DNA from: Prorocentrum cordatum | Lineage: Eukaryota | Reading direction: 5' to 3' | DNA length: 64,000 nt | Assembly (NCBI GenBank): GCA_963575745.1 | Contig: CAUYUJ010000159.1 | Location: forward strand, 558,001-622,000 | Shown here: piece after piece, positions 11,270-25,935 of the stretch | Layout: each line of letters starts with the position of its first letter | How positions within the stretch are numbered: the stretch's first letter is position 1 | Made by a program: the position numbers and the translations under genes | The notes under the pieces: model-generated | Told to the model about the DNA's origin: nothing | The model's input: the letters and a program-made list of their open reading frames with translations, nothing else | The model's database searches: none

Positions 11270-12735
11270 ACGGTGGAACCCCATGTGAGGCCACGAAACG
11301 TGTAAGGGGTGCGCCCGAATGCAGGCTGGAACCGCGTGCGGGCGCTGTCACTACTAGGGCATTCGGTGGAGCTCTCCATGGGGCCACGAAACGTGTGAGG
11401 GGTGCGCCGAACTGGACGTGGAACTGCATGCGGACCCTGCCACTGGGGCCTTCGGCGGAGCGCCCTATGTGGCCACGAAACGTGCGAGGGGTGAGCCGAA
11501 ATGCAGGTGGAATTGCATGCGGACCCTGCCACTAGGGCATTGGGCGGAGCAACCCATGGGGCCACGAAACGTGTGAGGGGTGCGCCGAAATGGAGGTGGA
11601 ACTGCACGCGGACCCTGGCACTGGGGCCTTCGGTGGAGCACCCTATGGGGCCTCAGAACGAGTGGGGGGTGCGCCGGATTGGGGATGGAATTGCATGCGG
11701 ACCCTGCCACTGGCGCCTTGGACGGAGCGCCCTATGGGGCCGCGAAACGTGTGAGGGGTGCGCCGCAATGGAGGTGGAACTGCATGCGGACCCTGCCACC
11801 GGGGGTTCTAAGAGCACCCTATGGGGCCACGAAACGTGAAAGAGGTGCGCCGAACTGGAGGTGGAACTGCGTGCGGATCCAGCCACTGGGGCCTTCGGTG
11901 GAGCTCCCTATGGGGCCTTGAAACGTGTGAGGAGTACGCCAAAATGGAGGTGGAACCGCATGCGGACCCTGCCACTGGGGCCTTGGGCGGAGCGCCCTGT
12001 GGGGCCACGAAACGTGCGAGGTGTGTGCCGAGATGCGGACCCTGCCACTGGGACCTTTGGTGAAGCTCCCCATGGGGCCGCGAAATGTCTAAGGGGTGCG
12101 CCGCAATGGAGGTGGAACTACATGCGGACCCTGCCACTGGGACCTTCGGTGGAGCTCCCCATGGGGCCGCGGAACGTGCGAGGGGTGCGTCGCAATGGAG
12201 GTGGAACTGTATGCGGACCTTGCCACTGGGACCTTCGGTGGAGCTCCCAATGGGGCCGCGGAACGTGTGAGGGAGGGGTGCGACGAAATAGAGGTGGAAC
12301 TGCATGCGGACCCTGCCACTTGGGCCTTCGGCGGAGCGCCCTATGGGGCCACGAAACGTGCGAGGGGTGCGCCCGAACTGGAGGGGTTCCTGCACGCAGA
12401 CCTAGCCACTGAGACCTTCGGTGGAGCTTCCTATGGGGCCACGAAACGTGTAAGGGAAGCGCCGAATTGGAGGTGGAACTGCATGCGGACCCTGCCACGG
12501 GGACCTTCGGTGGAGCTCCTCATGGGCTCATGGGGCCATGAAAAGTGTGCGGGGTGCGCCGAAATGGAGGTGGAACTGCATGCGGACCCTGCCACTGGGG
12601 CCTTCAGTGGAGCACCCTGTGGGGCCATGAAACGTGTGAGGGGTGCGCCGGATTGGGGGCGGAACTGCATGCGGACCCTGCCACTGGGGCCTTCAGCGGA
12701 GCGCCCTGTGGGGCCACGAAGCGTGTGAGGGCTGC
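11270..12735. repeat. 89-bp tandem satellite, about 16 units
   Basis: GGCCACGAAA at 11382, 11471, 11560 (89-bp period); unit contains GGAGGTGGAACTGCATGCGGACCCTGCCACTGGGGCCTTCGGTGGAGC. Confidence 0.95.
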
Positions 12736-13427
12736 GTCGAAATGGGCTTGCGAGAGAGCAGTGACAGGGAGGAAGGAAGGAGGGAGGGAAGGAGGGAGGG
12801 AAGGAACGCGGGGACCGTCTCTTCCAAACGAGGACCCAACACCACAGTATGGTTGGGATAAAATCCAGGCATCGCATGTCTGGGCAGTCGTCCCCCCTTC
12901 GGCCGCCCGTCCTCCCTTCCCCCCCCCCCCCTCCTGCATGTTGGCACACTTCGCTACCACGGTGCCCCGTGTAACGAGCTCATCCGCCAGCGCAGTCACG
13001 GAGGCCCTCGCGGGGGGGGGACGGAGAGGGCAGGATAGCTAGGGGCACAGGGCAGAGAATCAGCTCACGCAGCTGACGCTTCCTGGCGCCAGGAGACGCC
13101 CAAGCATCGAGGAATGGAAAGGGCCTGGCGGCAGCGGGGCCGAAACCAGCGAGAGCCAGCTAGGGGTAGGGCAGAGAATCAGCTCACGCAGCTGGCGACA
13201 AAAAGACCCCCGACGTTATGGTTTTTTCATGACGCGACCCCCAAAAGGTCTGGACCCACTCCCTGGGACCGGTTTTTCATCCTGAATCGTTTTTGACGGA
13301 CCCGAGGCCCGGTAAAGGACCCCAGAGGCAGAAAATAGCGAAAAGCCTCCCGTCGTGATTTTTTCAATAGAGGGGCCCTGGAAGTCTCGACCCATTCCCC
13401 AGGACAAGTTTTTCATCCTGAGTCGTT

Positions 13428-14956
13428 TTTTCCCGGAACGGGCCTGAGCCCAGGGTTCTCTTTTAGTTGGTTTCCCCCCGGTTTTGACGGCTGTAGGGCC
13501 GGCGAATTTCTTTTGCGATAAATAACGAGGTCGCGTAGGGCCGGCGAATTAAAAATTGAGGATGTCCCTAGCGAAACGCTTGTTTTTGAGAATTTGTTGA
13601 GGATGTCTCGAGCGAAACGCTTGTTTTGTGTTATAGACTGTCCTCTCCTGGGGACCTGAATTCTGAGGATCTCTCAAGTGGATTGCTTGTTTTCACGTGC
13701 CCAGGTCTTGAGGATGTCTCGAGCGAGACGCTTGGTTTCACGCCTTCAGGTGGCCCAGACAGATGTCTAGCATGAGGATTTGTTGAGGATGTCTCGAACC
13801 AGAGGCTTGTTTTCACGTGTCCAGGTCGCCCAGGCGGATGTCTAGCATGAGCATTTGTTGAGGATGTCTCGAGCGAGACGCTTGTTTGCACGTGTCCAGG
13901 TTGCCCAGGCGGATGTCTAGCATGAGGATGTGCTGACAACGTCTTGAGCGAAACGCGTGTTTTCACGTGTCCAGGTCGCCCAGGCACAGCACAGCCCTCG
14001 GCACGGTACATCAATATCGATACCCTTAGCATTGCAGCCTGGCATGTTGCCTGGCACGTTCCGCGGAGCGTCCCGTGGCGAGTCCCCCTGGCACGTCGCG
14101 CGGTGCACGTCCATTGGCACGTTCCGTAGCGCGTCCCCTTGGCACGTCCCGCGGTGCGTGCCCATGGCACGTCCCCTGGCACGTCGGCTGGCGCGTCCCC
14201 TGGGACGTTCCGCGGCGCGTCCTCTTGGCATGTTCCCTCTGTCGATTAGTTCTGGGGCAGCTACCATCTGCTCAGGCAGTTCGAGCTTACGATCCAGATC
14301 AGTTCGGTGAGGACTCGGATGCCAGGGAGGACTCGATCTACAGCGCCATATAGAGCACAATCGCGGCATGGCACATCGCAGTTAAGCACGGCCCAGCACA
14401 GCACAGCCGTCGGCACGGTACATCAAGATCGATACACTCAACTATGCACCTTGGCATGTTCCTTGGCGCGTTCCGTGGCGAGTCCACCTGGCACGTCGCG
14501 CGGCGCGTCCCCTGGCACGTCCCTCGGCACGTCCATTGGCACGTTCCGTAGCGCGTCCCCTTGGCACGTCCCGCGGTGCGTCCCCATGGCACGTCCCCTG
14601 GCACGTCGCCTGGCGCGTCCCTTGGGACGTTCCGCGGCGCGTCCTCCTGGCATGCTCCCTCTGTCGATTAGTTCTGGGGCAGCTACCATCTGCTCAGGCA
14701 GCTCGAGCTTACGATCCAGATCAGTTCGGTGAGGACTCGGATGCCAGGGAGGACTCGATCCACAACGCCATATAGAGCACAATCGCGGCATGGCACATCG
14801 CAGTTCAGCACGGCGTAGCACAGCACAGCCCTCGGCACAGTACATCATCATCGATACATTCAGCATTGCATGTGCCCGTCGCCCAATCAGGTGTCTTGAA
14901 ATGTTGCAATGCCTTACATTTCTATATTCCTTTCCGGGTTCGTGGGCCGATCATGG
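13428..14956 (+). mobile_element. Modular non-autonomous element (putative Helentron-type) with internal satellites; isolated copy
   Basis: Starts TTTTCCCGGAACGGG..CCCAGGGTTCTCTTTTAG, then an AGGATGTCTCGAGC array (13558-13970) and two ~422-bp GGCACGTCCC units; ends CCTTTCCGGGTTCGTGGGCCGATCATG. Same module order, inverted, in the 29.6-43.0 kb copies. Confidence 0.75.
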
Positions 14957-15344
14957 TGATAGGCCCAGGGCCCAGCGAGGGCCGCTAGAGGCCGAACTTA
15001 GCGAAAGAACTCCCGCGCGCCCTCGGAGGCCGCCGCGCGCGGTGGCCTCCGCGCCACGCCGGCGGCGGCCGGGGCCGCCGCGCGGGCGGCGGCGGCCTCG
15101 GGCCTCGGCGGGGCTGCCGCGCCGCGGGGGGCCTCTGCGAGGGCGGGGGGCCTTTGCCGGCGCCGTCGCCGTCGCGCCCGCCCGCCGTCGTCGCGCTCGC
15201 TCGCTCGCTCGCTCGCTCGCTCGCTCTCCTCCTCCTCCTCCTCCTTCTCCTCCTCCTCTCCTTCTCCTCTCCTTCTCCTTCTCCTTCTCCTTCTCCTTCT
15301 CCTTCTTCCACCACCACCACCACCCCACCACACCACCACCACCA

Positions 15345-16450
<1,106 letters not shown>

Positions 16451-19400
16451 CACATTCTCCTCCTCCTTCTCCTCAAACCCTCCATTTCCTCCTCCGCCAC
16501 CTCTCCTCGAGGGGCCTCGGTGGGCTTGCGTGTTCAGCTACAGGAGTAGGCATCGTGTGGATTCTTGGGTAAACTCTGTGGACGTTGTGGTGCACCAGTG
16601 GAGCTCGGCGTGCTGCTAGGAACGCCCCAAACCTCAGGTGCTCAAAAAGGGTCTACGTCGGCTAGACCGTGGGTTGGGGCTACGTCTCCTGCCGACATGG
16701 CATGGTGAATGTTGGAAGGGATTTCTCGAGTCGGCACAAAAGTGGAGACCGACTCCGACATCTGTTGGAACATAGTCCGCCCAAACCCCGCGCTGATCAC
16801 GGGGCTGGCCGAAGACGGAGTGAGACGTGAGTCGAATAGGCAAGCCTTCTGTGCGGACGTGTCCCTGGCTCCTGCCGCTTGTTTGGCACAGCCTTGCCTC
16901 TTTGTTGCTCCATGGTACTCCGGTCCACTTGTCGCTGCACCAGCAGTGGGCCCTCAGTCCCCCCACGGCACCCAAGATGCTTCAAGAGGACCCTGTGGCC
17001 GCCAAGAGGCCCCGAAGACTCCCCAACAGACCTACAAGAAACTCCACAAGGACATCCGAAGAGATTCCGAGAAGCAGTCAAGAGACCTCCGGTTCTTCTG
17101 TTCGTCCTCCGCCTCTTCCTCTTCCTCATCCGCCGATTCCCTCCTCCCTCCTCCCTTCTCCCTCCCTCCTGCCCCTCCCCCTCCTCCCCCATGCCTTTTC
17201 CTTATGCATGAGTCCTCCTTGTCGCAACCCGAGTACAGTCGGGCGGGTCCGATGTTTCGCAGATTTCCTCACCATTATATTCCTGAAACTCAAACTTTGC
17301 AGCAGCTTTACGGGTGGAGGGCACGTCGCTTTCAAAATGTGGCTCTCGCCCTCGCGCCGTGCACATCCGTTGTAAACATGGACTGAGGCAAGTCGTTTTC
17401 AAAATGTGGTTCTTGCGCCGCGCACATTCGTCAGAAAACTTTGCAACACTTTCACGGCTGGAGAGCGGGTCGCTTTTAACGTGTGGCTCTCGCCCCAGCG
17501 CCGCACACATTCGTCAGAACAGATTGCAAGGGCTTCATGCATGGAGGCGGTTCCTTTTTAACACGTGACTTTCGCATTGGCGTCGCGCGCATGCGTCTTA
17601 CACATGCGCAATGGTTTCACGGCTTATCATGGTTAACGTCCCAGACATGGTGTAGGCACGATGTCGGACTGTCAGGGCGCAACTGTTGCGTTGATATCAG
17701 CTTTCTGGCACGGTTCAAGATTGACAAGACGCAACAATAATGCTGATTCGCAGCGTTGGAGTCCCAAGATGTTCTGGCGCGGTTCAGGATCTCCAAGCGG
17801 TTGTCTTACAACGAGGCACTTCCTTCAGCGAAGATGAACCCTTGCAGGGGCTTCTGAAAAGGGAGCTTGGAGGGAGGGTCTGTTGCGATACATCGTTGAT
17901 GAGTCTTGGGATTACACTGGCGGTCCTCCTCCTCCTCCTCCTGATTCTTGATGGCTGAAGGGATCCACGATCGCAATCATCCCAGCCTTGCTCCGCAAAG
18001 CTGGTGTGTAAAGTAGCGCCGCAAGCCGGAAGGGGGGGCGACCCCAGGAGGCGAGGGATAACGAGGAAGGGAACGGCACGGGAGGACACCAACAGAGGAG
18101 GAAGAGGGGGAGGCAAGGAGGAGACGGCACAGGACACCAGCGAACGAGGAGGAGGTGGAGGAGGAGGAGGAGAAGGAGGAGGGGGAGAACCCCAGCAATC
18201 TGATGATCTCCCTAGCGCACCCTCCCCCAATTGGCGGGCAAAACGAGGTGAAGGCGCCCACGGACTGGAGCCTCTGTGGCGGCATACATGGGGAGGAGGG
18301 AGCGCTGGTGGGGTCGTCGGGGAGCTGGGGCTCGTCGCGTATGCAGGCTGCGGCTGCGACGTCTGCTCTTCCGCCTCCATCGCACAATTCCCCCAACAAA
18401 AAGCTATCGATGCAGGTGCCCTAGGTGCGAGCCTGCTGCGAACATAACTAAAGTAGAAGCCAAATACGGCAACTCTTGGGCTGCTACCCAAAGCTTGTGC
18501 GGTTCACCAAAAACCTCCTCGGCCACTGACCATCAATGCTTTTCGATACTCCTATCGGGTTTAGCACAAACCACATCTGGCCACTGACGGCATGCCTGAA
18601 ACTTCGCACTGTCGGTCAACCAGACTTGCAGTGGTCCACTCGCGCAACCTCCTAAGCCACGATCGAATGGGTGTCACCGCCACCACCACCCGTAAGCCCT
18701 CACCGAGGGATATCGCGAAGGGACCATGTGTTACGATGCCCCTTACCCGCACCGAGGGCAGTCGTCTGGAACGGGTCCCTCAGCGAAAGTGAAACTGAAC
18801 CTGAACTCAGAGAAAACGCCAGAAAGTATCTGGTACTTAAATGTGAAGGGCTGCACTGGGTGCGAACAGTGTGGGATTCATGAGGTGCTCTGGTGGCACG
18901 TTTGCTGTGCGGTCCTGCTCTGAGCTGCTGCCGCACGCAAGTCCGAGACACCATCCAACCTCTCGCCCACCCATCAAAACCAATCCGATCCCTGACCCGA
19001 GGCTGATGGCAGAAGGAACTGGCCTCCCACGCACGCAAAACAGCTGAGAGATGCCGACTCCATGGTCTGTCTGGGTGGCCGCGTGCCTCAAGGACCGACC
19101 ACCACCACGCAACAGGAACATGAAGGCGGCGGAGGAGGAGGAGGCGGAGGAGGAGGAGGAGGGGGGAAACGAGGAGGGGAACGAGGGGAACGAGGAGGAG
19201 GAGGAGGAGGAAGAGTGGACCCAGGAGCGGCGCTGCACTCAGCCGCTCTTCGTCTCGGCCGCAGCTGCGCTGGAACATTTATCACCACAGCAGCGTGCTC
19301 GGTCCGCGCCATGCTGCAAAAGGAAGAAACAGAGCGACCGCAATGAATGTCACCTCCTCCAACCCCAGACCCTACATCCTACATACTGCTCCCCCTCAAC

Positions 19401-20334
19401 CCATCCACCCTCAAACTGCATCCACTGGATCATCGTAACCCTCTGAACCGTCTGCAAAGGTCGAAATGGTCGAAGGGCTCTCCTACGCACTGGGGAACAT
19501 ACTTATGAAATCGCGATCTTCTGTTCTCCTAAGCAATAGAGGAAATCATGCTGGTATCATGCATCGGCGATCATCGGTGCTCTCCAAGGCATTGGCAGAC
19601 ATCATGCTGACATTTGAGTCTTTAGGGGCGCCTACGACCCCATGGGGAGCTCCTCCTCCTCCTCCTCCTCCTCCTCCTCCTCCACCTCCTCCGGTTCCTC
19701 CTCTATCATCCCCTGCTTTAGGTATGACGGCTTCCCAGCCTTTACTCCATTGAGTGCTCCCCCACATGTCTGATCAGGGCAACTTGCCTGGGCGTCGTTT
19801 CTGGATGGGCTGGTCGGGCTACGCAAAGCGTCTAGACTACTGCGTCCTTAAGCGTGAATCGTTGAATGTTGAAGGCCCCAGACTCCAAATTGTAAGATCT
19901 CATCGTGTGCCGCGCGTTGTCGCGTGCCCTTTGAAGACTCTCGCAAGACTCCGAATACCAGCGGGCGTCAAGACGGGCGAAGAGAGCCCCATGAGGCTCC
20001 CATGACGGTCCAAGAGGGTCCCAAGACGGCCAAGACTGCCCCGAGCCGGAGACGCCCAAGATTGCCTCAAGACGTCGACAGAGGCCCTGAACACGCCACA
20101 CGCGGGCTCCGAGAGCCCCCTCCGAGACAGCCTCCAAAGACAAACATCGATGATTTCGCATAAATTGTTGACTGAATTGTGGCTCTCGCCTTTTGAGGCT
20201 TCCGACGCTGCACGACGGCACAACTGACCTTCTTGAAAACGTGTCGTTTCAAATCGATTGGGTTATCCTTCAAGCTGATCGGTTCCCGACTGGCGAACAC
20301 AGTCTGGTGCACCACGAGAGAAGGTCCACTCACT

Positions 20335-20546
20335 CCCTTCTCCCTCCTTCCCTCCCTCCTCCTCTTCCACCTCCTTCTCCCTGACTCACACTCAGTCCTC
20401 CTCCTCTTCCTCCTCCCCCTCCTCCTCCTCCTCCTCCTCCTCCTCCCACCACCACCACCACCACCACCACCTTCCTCCTCCCCGCTCCTCCTCCTCCCCT
20501 CCTCCTCCCACCACCCCCACCACCACCCCACCACCACCACACCACC

Positions 20547-20638
<92 letters not shown>

Positions 20639-20664
20639 CACTACTAGTACCACTACTACTACTG

Positions 20665-20695
<31 letters not shown>

Positions 20696-20764
20696 CGACT
20701 ATCACAGATACAACTGCTACTTTTACTACAAGGCCTACGAGCAATACCACTACTACTCCGACTA

Positions 20765-20809
<45 letters not shown>

Positions 20810-20817
20810 CTACAACA

Positions 20818-20858
<41 letters not shown>

Positions 20859-20941
20859 GACTACTACGACTACTACGACTACTACGACGACTACGACTAC
20901 GACGACTACTACTACTACTACTACTACTGCTGCTGCTACTG

Positions 20942-21003
<62 letters not shown>

Positions 21004-21060
21004 GCTACTACTACACCTACTTCTACTACTGCTCTGCCTCCCTCCTCCTCGCTTCTCCTG
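20335..21060. repeat. Compound (CCT)n-(CAC)n-(CTA)n microsatellite
   Basis: Directly visible. Confidence 0.95.
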
Positions 21061-22579
21061 CCTCCATTCCTGCCTCCCTCCCTGCGTCCCTGCCCTCTCA
21101 TGCCCACCACTGCACGCTCGTGCTCTCCCCTGCTCCCCCCACGGCCCCGCCTCCCTGCGGCTCGCCGCCGCGGGCGCCGAGGCCTTCGGCCCCGGCCCCC
21201 CGCGGCGCCTGGGGGGAAAGCTTCGGGGGCAGAGGCTGGGCGGAAGGGTTGGGCGTCGCTTGACTAGTGGGGGGGCGAAAATAAATGGAGGGGGGGAGAA
21301 AGGTGTACTCTTCGGTCCCGAAAGGCCCCCTTTTGGGTCTGAGAGGGCCCCTTTCGGGGCCCTGAAGGGATCCTGTTCTGCAGTCCTCGCTGCCTCCCTT
21401 TGCATTGGCCCCCCACTACACGACGCCCACAGAGGCGAGGCAAACCTGAGCCGGATCGAATCGCGAAACCAGATCCTGGACATGATCGCATCGTGGAAAA
21501 ATCAGGGCGGAACATTTTCCGCAGTGTTCGGCCTCTGGGGGGCCCTCTCCGGTCCCTGGGACAGTCAAAAAACTACTCGCGATCAAAAACCGTCCCCCGG
21601 GAAAGGGTCGGGACTTCCGGGGACACCGTATTGAAAAATCCGGACATCGCATGTCTGGGAAGGAATCGTGCCGAATCGGAATCGGATCGCCGAACCCCAG
21701 ACCTCCGGCTGGCCCCAGTCAGTGCAGGTGGATCAAGTCAAGTCGAATGGCATTGAAATCGTGGCCCCAGCCCACGAATCGAATCGCATCGAGTCGCATC
21801 GTGGGCGGCCCTGCAAGGCGGGGCCCCTTCTTTCCCAGACCACTCGCGCCGTGACAAAAATCACGAGGAGAGGTGTGTTCTTGCCGTTTTCGGCCCACGG
21901 GGGGCCCTCACCGACCGAGCTCCGGGACCGCCAACAAAACTGCCTGGAATGGAGGACCCGGCCTGGGGGAAGGGGCCCAGACCTCTGGGGGGGGGGGCAG
22001 ACGCTGCGAACAAACCACGATGCTGGAGTTCCTGGCTTCTTCCCCTCCCCTCCCGCCGGCACCTCTCGCACTCCTCGTCGTCACCTCGTCCCCCCTCCCG
22101 ACCGTCCCCCACACGAACCATGCCATCTCGTCCGGGCGGCGAGTCACGGAGCGACGAAGCGTTTGCCTATCCCCTGCCCGTTGCGTGTGCTCCGCACCTG
22201 GGTGCGCGGCTCCTCCTCCCCCCCCCCCTCTCGGAGGCCGGGGGAGATCGCTCGTCTCGGGAGAGCACCGCTACACCGCCTGGATTCCATGATTCGTCCA
22301 TGACTCCTCGGCAGGGCGGGCCGTCGGAGCGAGCCACAGTGGCGCCAGAGGGCCAGCAGCGGGACACGGAGAGCCTCTGCTCGACCGCAGCTCGGCCCCC
22401 AGGGCGGGGCCTTCACGCCCCTCCTCCCCTCGGGGGCTGGAATCTGGAAGGTGAGACGTGAGGATGGGGAGGATCACGCAGGCCAACACATCACGAGCTG
22501 ACCGTCCGGCAACCGCGCGAGATCTGCGCATTCCCCTCCCCTGTCCGGCGGCCAGCCCGGGGAGGAAGCAAGAGGAGGC

Positions 22580-22707
22580 AGGCCTTCTCAGAAGGCTCGG
22601 AAGTCCCCTGGCTTTCTGAAGTGTCCTGAGCCTTCCCCGACGGCACCGAACACCTCTCAGAAGGCCCGAGGCTTTCTGAGAAGCCCAGCCGACTTTTGAG
22701 AAGGCCT
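22580..22707. mobile_element. ~130-bp foldback/MITE, copy 1
   Basis: AGGCCTTCTCAGAAG ... CTTTTGAGAAGGCCT inverted ends; colinear with 24400-24530. Confidence 0.65.
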
Positions 22708-23989
22708 TCTCCTTCTCTGGGGGGCGCGCAAAATGGATTTGCGAAACATGGATTTGGCGCGCGGTCAATCCATGGATCGGGGGGGAGGGGTGCCCTCCCC
22801 AAAATGCGGCCGGTGCCGCCTCGCTCGGCGGCGGCAATCCGTGACTTTCTATGGAAACGGGGGGCCCGCTGCCAATCCACGACCCCGTTATCCATGTTTG
22901 CGATCGCCTGATTCTCGGTCGCCGCCGATCCTCCCCTGTCCTCTGCCACTGCCCCCCCGCCACCGCTCACTCGCCCGTGCACTCGCCCAGTCGCGCGCAG
23001 CGAGGCGCCGCCCCGTCGCGAAGCGAACAAACAAAAACCCGGGTCGCGGAGCGAGACCCCCCGGCCGATCTGCGGCGCGCAGCTGCGCCACCACCGCGCG
23101 TCCCACTCCGCGCCCCTCCCTCGGGCGCACGCGAACGTGGGTTACGGATCCGTGGATCTGGCGTGGGCGCCAAATCCACGGCTTGGGGAAGGCACACGTC
23201 GGCCAGTAAGAAGTACACAAACAACATAGAGCAGGGAGGCGGAGAAAGAAGATTGGGCCTAGGCGCTCACAGAGAACAACAGCACACAGCAAAAGCAGAT
23301 CGATTCTTGAAGTAGGAAGGCGCTTGAAATAGACTGGGATCTGGAAATCCAAACATACCTACTCTCAATGACCGCCGTGTACCCGATCTGGCGGTGGAGC
23401 GCGCCGATCTCGTATGGAAAGGGCCCGTCGCCATCCACGGGCCTTGATCCATGTCTGCGTTTCCTCGACCAGCGCGGGGCTCCTCTCACACTCTGGATAC
23501 TCCCAAGATTGGTGATATTTCTCATTGTGCCGCGTCAAATTCTGGGCTTCTCGTAGCAGCTCGTGATTGCGATTCCGGCTTCTCTGACGCACTGCGTTCG
23601 GGAACACATTCAAGGGACGTGTGATAGGGATTAATCCAGATGCTAACCTACCGCATGGTAGATGTAGGCTGCCGATCCTTCGGCATGCGTGAGACGCTTT
23701 TCCGTTTGAGTCGTCGTCTTCGTCGTAGGTCCCAAGGGAACTGAGGAACAAAAAACAAGAAAGTCGGCGTCCTGTGTCAGAATGCCGCCCCCCCCCGGGG
23801 TCCCGGCAAGTGGGTGAGTTGGTCCCGGGTTAGATCCCCCCCCCGCGCGGGGTCCCGCCAGCGGGACCTGGGGGGTTGGGTGGTGGTGGTCCCGTGTCAG
23901 GATACCGCCCCCCCCCCCCGGGGTAGGGTAGTGCCGGCGGATCCTAGGGGGGTCGCCAGCGGGGGTCCTGAAGGTCCCGCCTCCCCGAT

Positions 23990-24134
23990 GGGGTCGGAGT
24001 AGATGGGGTCGCAGCATCGCGCCGCATCGACGATACATCGGCGACGTCGGCGTGGAGAACATCGGACCCCGCATCGAGCCGCATCGCCGATGCATCGGCG
24101 ATGCGGCGCAGTCCTCTGACCCATCTACTCTGAT
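23990..24134. mobile_element. Second copy of the GGGGTCGGAGTAGATGGGG MITE
   Basis: Same left TIR and internal CGTCGGCGTGGAGA..CATCGAGCCGCATCGCCGATGCAT; right end GACCCATCTACTCTGA. Confidence 0.8.
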
Positions 24135-24399
24135 CACATCTTTCGGTGGCAACTCATGAGCCTCCTGTATCATCTTGTTGGCTCTAGTGAATGGACGCTA
24201 ATCGATGCTAATCGACGCTAAAGCGACGCCACTCGATGCCAATCGATACAAGCGCTATCGCATCGACTACCAGACGCAAAACCGGCGCTCTGGAGACGGA
24301 ATTGCGAGGGTATGTAATCATCCAATGATTCGCTACCAAATCATCTGGGGAGGCCTCGGAAAAATCGGCGATGAGCCCGGGGGGGAAGCGAGAAGGGCG

Positions 24400-24530
24400 G
24401 GCCGTCTCAGAAGGCTCGGAAATCCCCCGGCCTTCTGAGATAAGTCCCGAGACTTCCTCGTGGACGCAGAACACCTGTCGGAAGGCCAAGAAGGGCTTCT
24501 GAGAAGCCCCGCCGCCTTCTGAGAAGGCCT
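24400..24530. mobile_element. ~130-bp foldback/MITE, copy 2
   Basis: GGCCGTCTCAGAAGG ... CCTTCTGAGAAGGCC inverted ends. Confidence 0.65.
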
Positions 24531-24969
24531 TCTCTTTCTCACTTCAGCCCCCTCGCTCGCCGCGGAAAATAGAAAGAGATGATGAAGAAGAAGAAGAAGA
24601 AGAAGAAGAAGATGAACCAGAATAAGAACCCCCCCTCCCTGGCGCGCGGAGCGCGCCCGGGGCGCCGCTGGAGGCGCCGCCGGGGGGCCCCAGCGCGGAT
24701 CCAAGAAATCCGCGCGGAGCAAAAGTTGATGTTTGTGGCGTGGCGTTTTTTTTTTCTTCGAGATCAAAAGACACCTCACAAACTCCTCGCCACCCTCGTC
24801 CCCCGTCTTCCTGCTCCAGCCCGCGGCGACGGCGATCCCCCCCCCCCTTGGACCTGCCCCCCGGGCTCTTTCGCCCCGCCCCCCGGGGGCGGAAGATCGG
24901 CCTAGCGAGGGCCACGGGGAGCCCCTGAGGAGGCCCAAGGAACGGTGACGAAGGTCAACATTCCACACT

Positions 24970-24970
<1 letters not shown>

Positions 24971-25047
<77 letters not shown>

Positions 25048-25935
25048 TGGCGGCGGCAACAACGACGACGACGGCGACGTTCGTTGTTCGTTCGAGACTC
25101 TGATTGCCCCGAGGTTTGTGGAAACCCGCACGCAGGCATGGCGTGATAGCACATATCGGGAGTCAGAAGTTGAAGTCGTCGATTCAGCCAACAACTCTAA
25201 AATCTGCCCACCGCTCCTTGGCCAAAGCCAGGTTATGCTGGTCGTTGCCCGAGATTTTAGAACATTAGTTCTGGCATCGCCGGATATGAAACACTTCCCA
25301 CGGCACTGCTGGCCACATGGTTTTTCGCGGCTGCCGCACATATGCAACGCCCAGAATCGCGAAACCTGGCACGACACCAACGAGGACGAGAGCACGACGA
25401 AGACGACGGCAACGGCGGTGGCGACGCCCTGGACCTCAAAACCCGTCAAGACGGGCGCCTGGACCCCTCTCTGGGCGCATCCTGGCCAGTGCCTCGGGCT
25501 GCATCCAGCCACAGCAACGCGAAGCCTCAAGAAGCGCCCCCAAAAACACCCGACACGATGACGACGACGGCAGCGGCGACCGCGGCGACGACGACGACGA
25601 CGGGCGCCAGCCTGCACCGCCGCGCGAGGGCGGCGCGCGCCCCGCGCAGGCGGGCCTCCGCCTCTGCGCGCGCGCGCGGCTGCCGCGCGAGGGCGGCGAC
25701 CACGGCAGCGGCGGCGGCGACGACGGCTGCAACAGCAACGGCGACGATTTCACCGGCGACGGCGGCGGCGGCGAGGCTCACGGAGGCATTCGGGCGCTTC
25801 CATTTCTTTCTCATAGGTTTCAGGAGTGTCTATCGAACGACGAGGACGACGACGACAATACGAGACGAGACGAGACGAGACGAGACGAGAGGAGACGAGG
25901 CAAAGACGACGGCGACGGCGGCGGCGACGGCGAAA
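24971..25935. repeat. GAC/GGC/GAGAC-rich simple repeats with a unique interruption at about 25090-25375
   Basis: Directly visible. Confidence 0.8.

Noticed and set aside
11270..12735. CRISPR-like appearance of regularly spaced repeats (also 30865-31505 and 40098-41775)
   Set aside because: The whole unit repeats with no unique spacers, there are no cas genes, and the context is eukaryotic.
16500..19630. Unique islands that could be host exons (also 4960-5230, 23500-23700, 25090-25375, 49240-49560)
   Set aside because: No recognisable domain or consistent frame; cannot be called without RNA-seq, so neither supported nor excluded.
20193..20330. FQIDWVIL resembles the APE IDY motif
   Set aside because: No SDH motif or other supporting context.
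20233..21267. Mucin-like Thr-rich ORF
   Set aside because: (CTA)n microsatellite that shifts from poly-L to poly-T within the tract.
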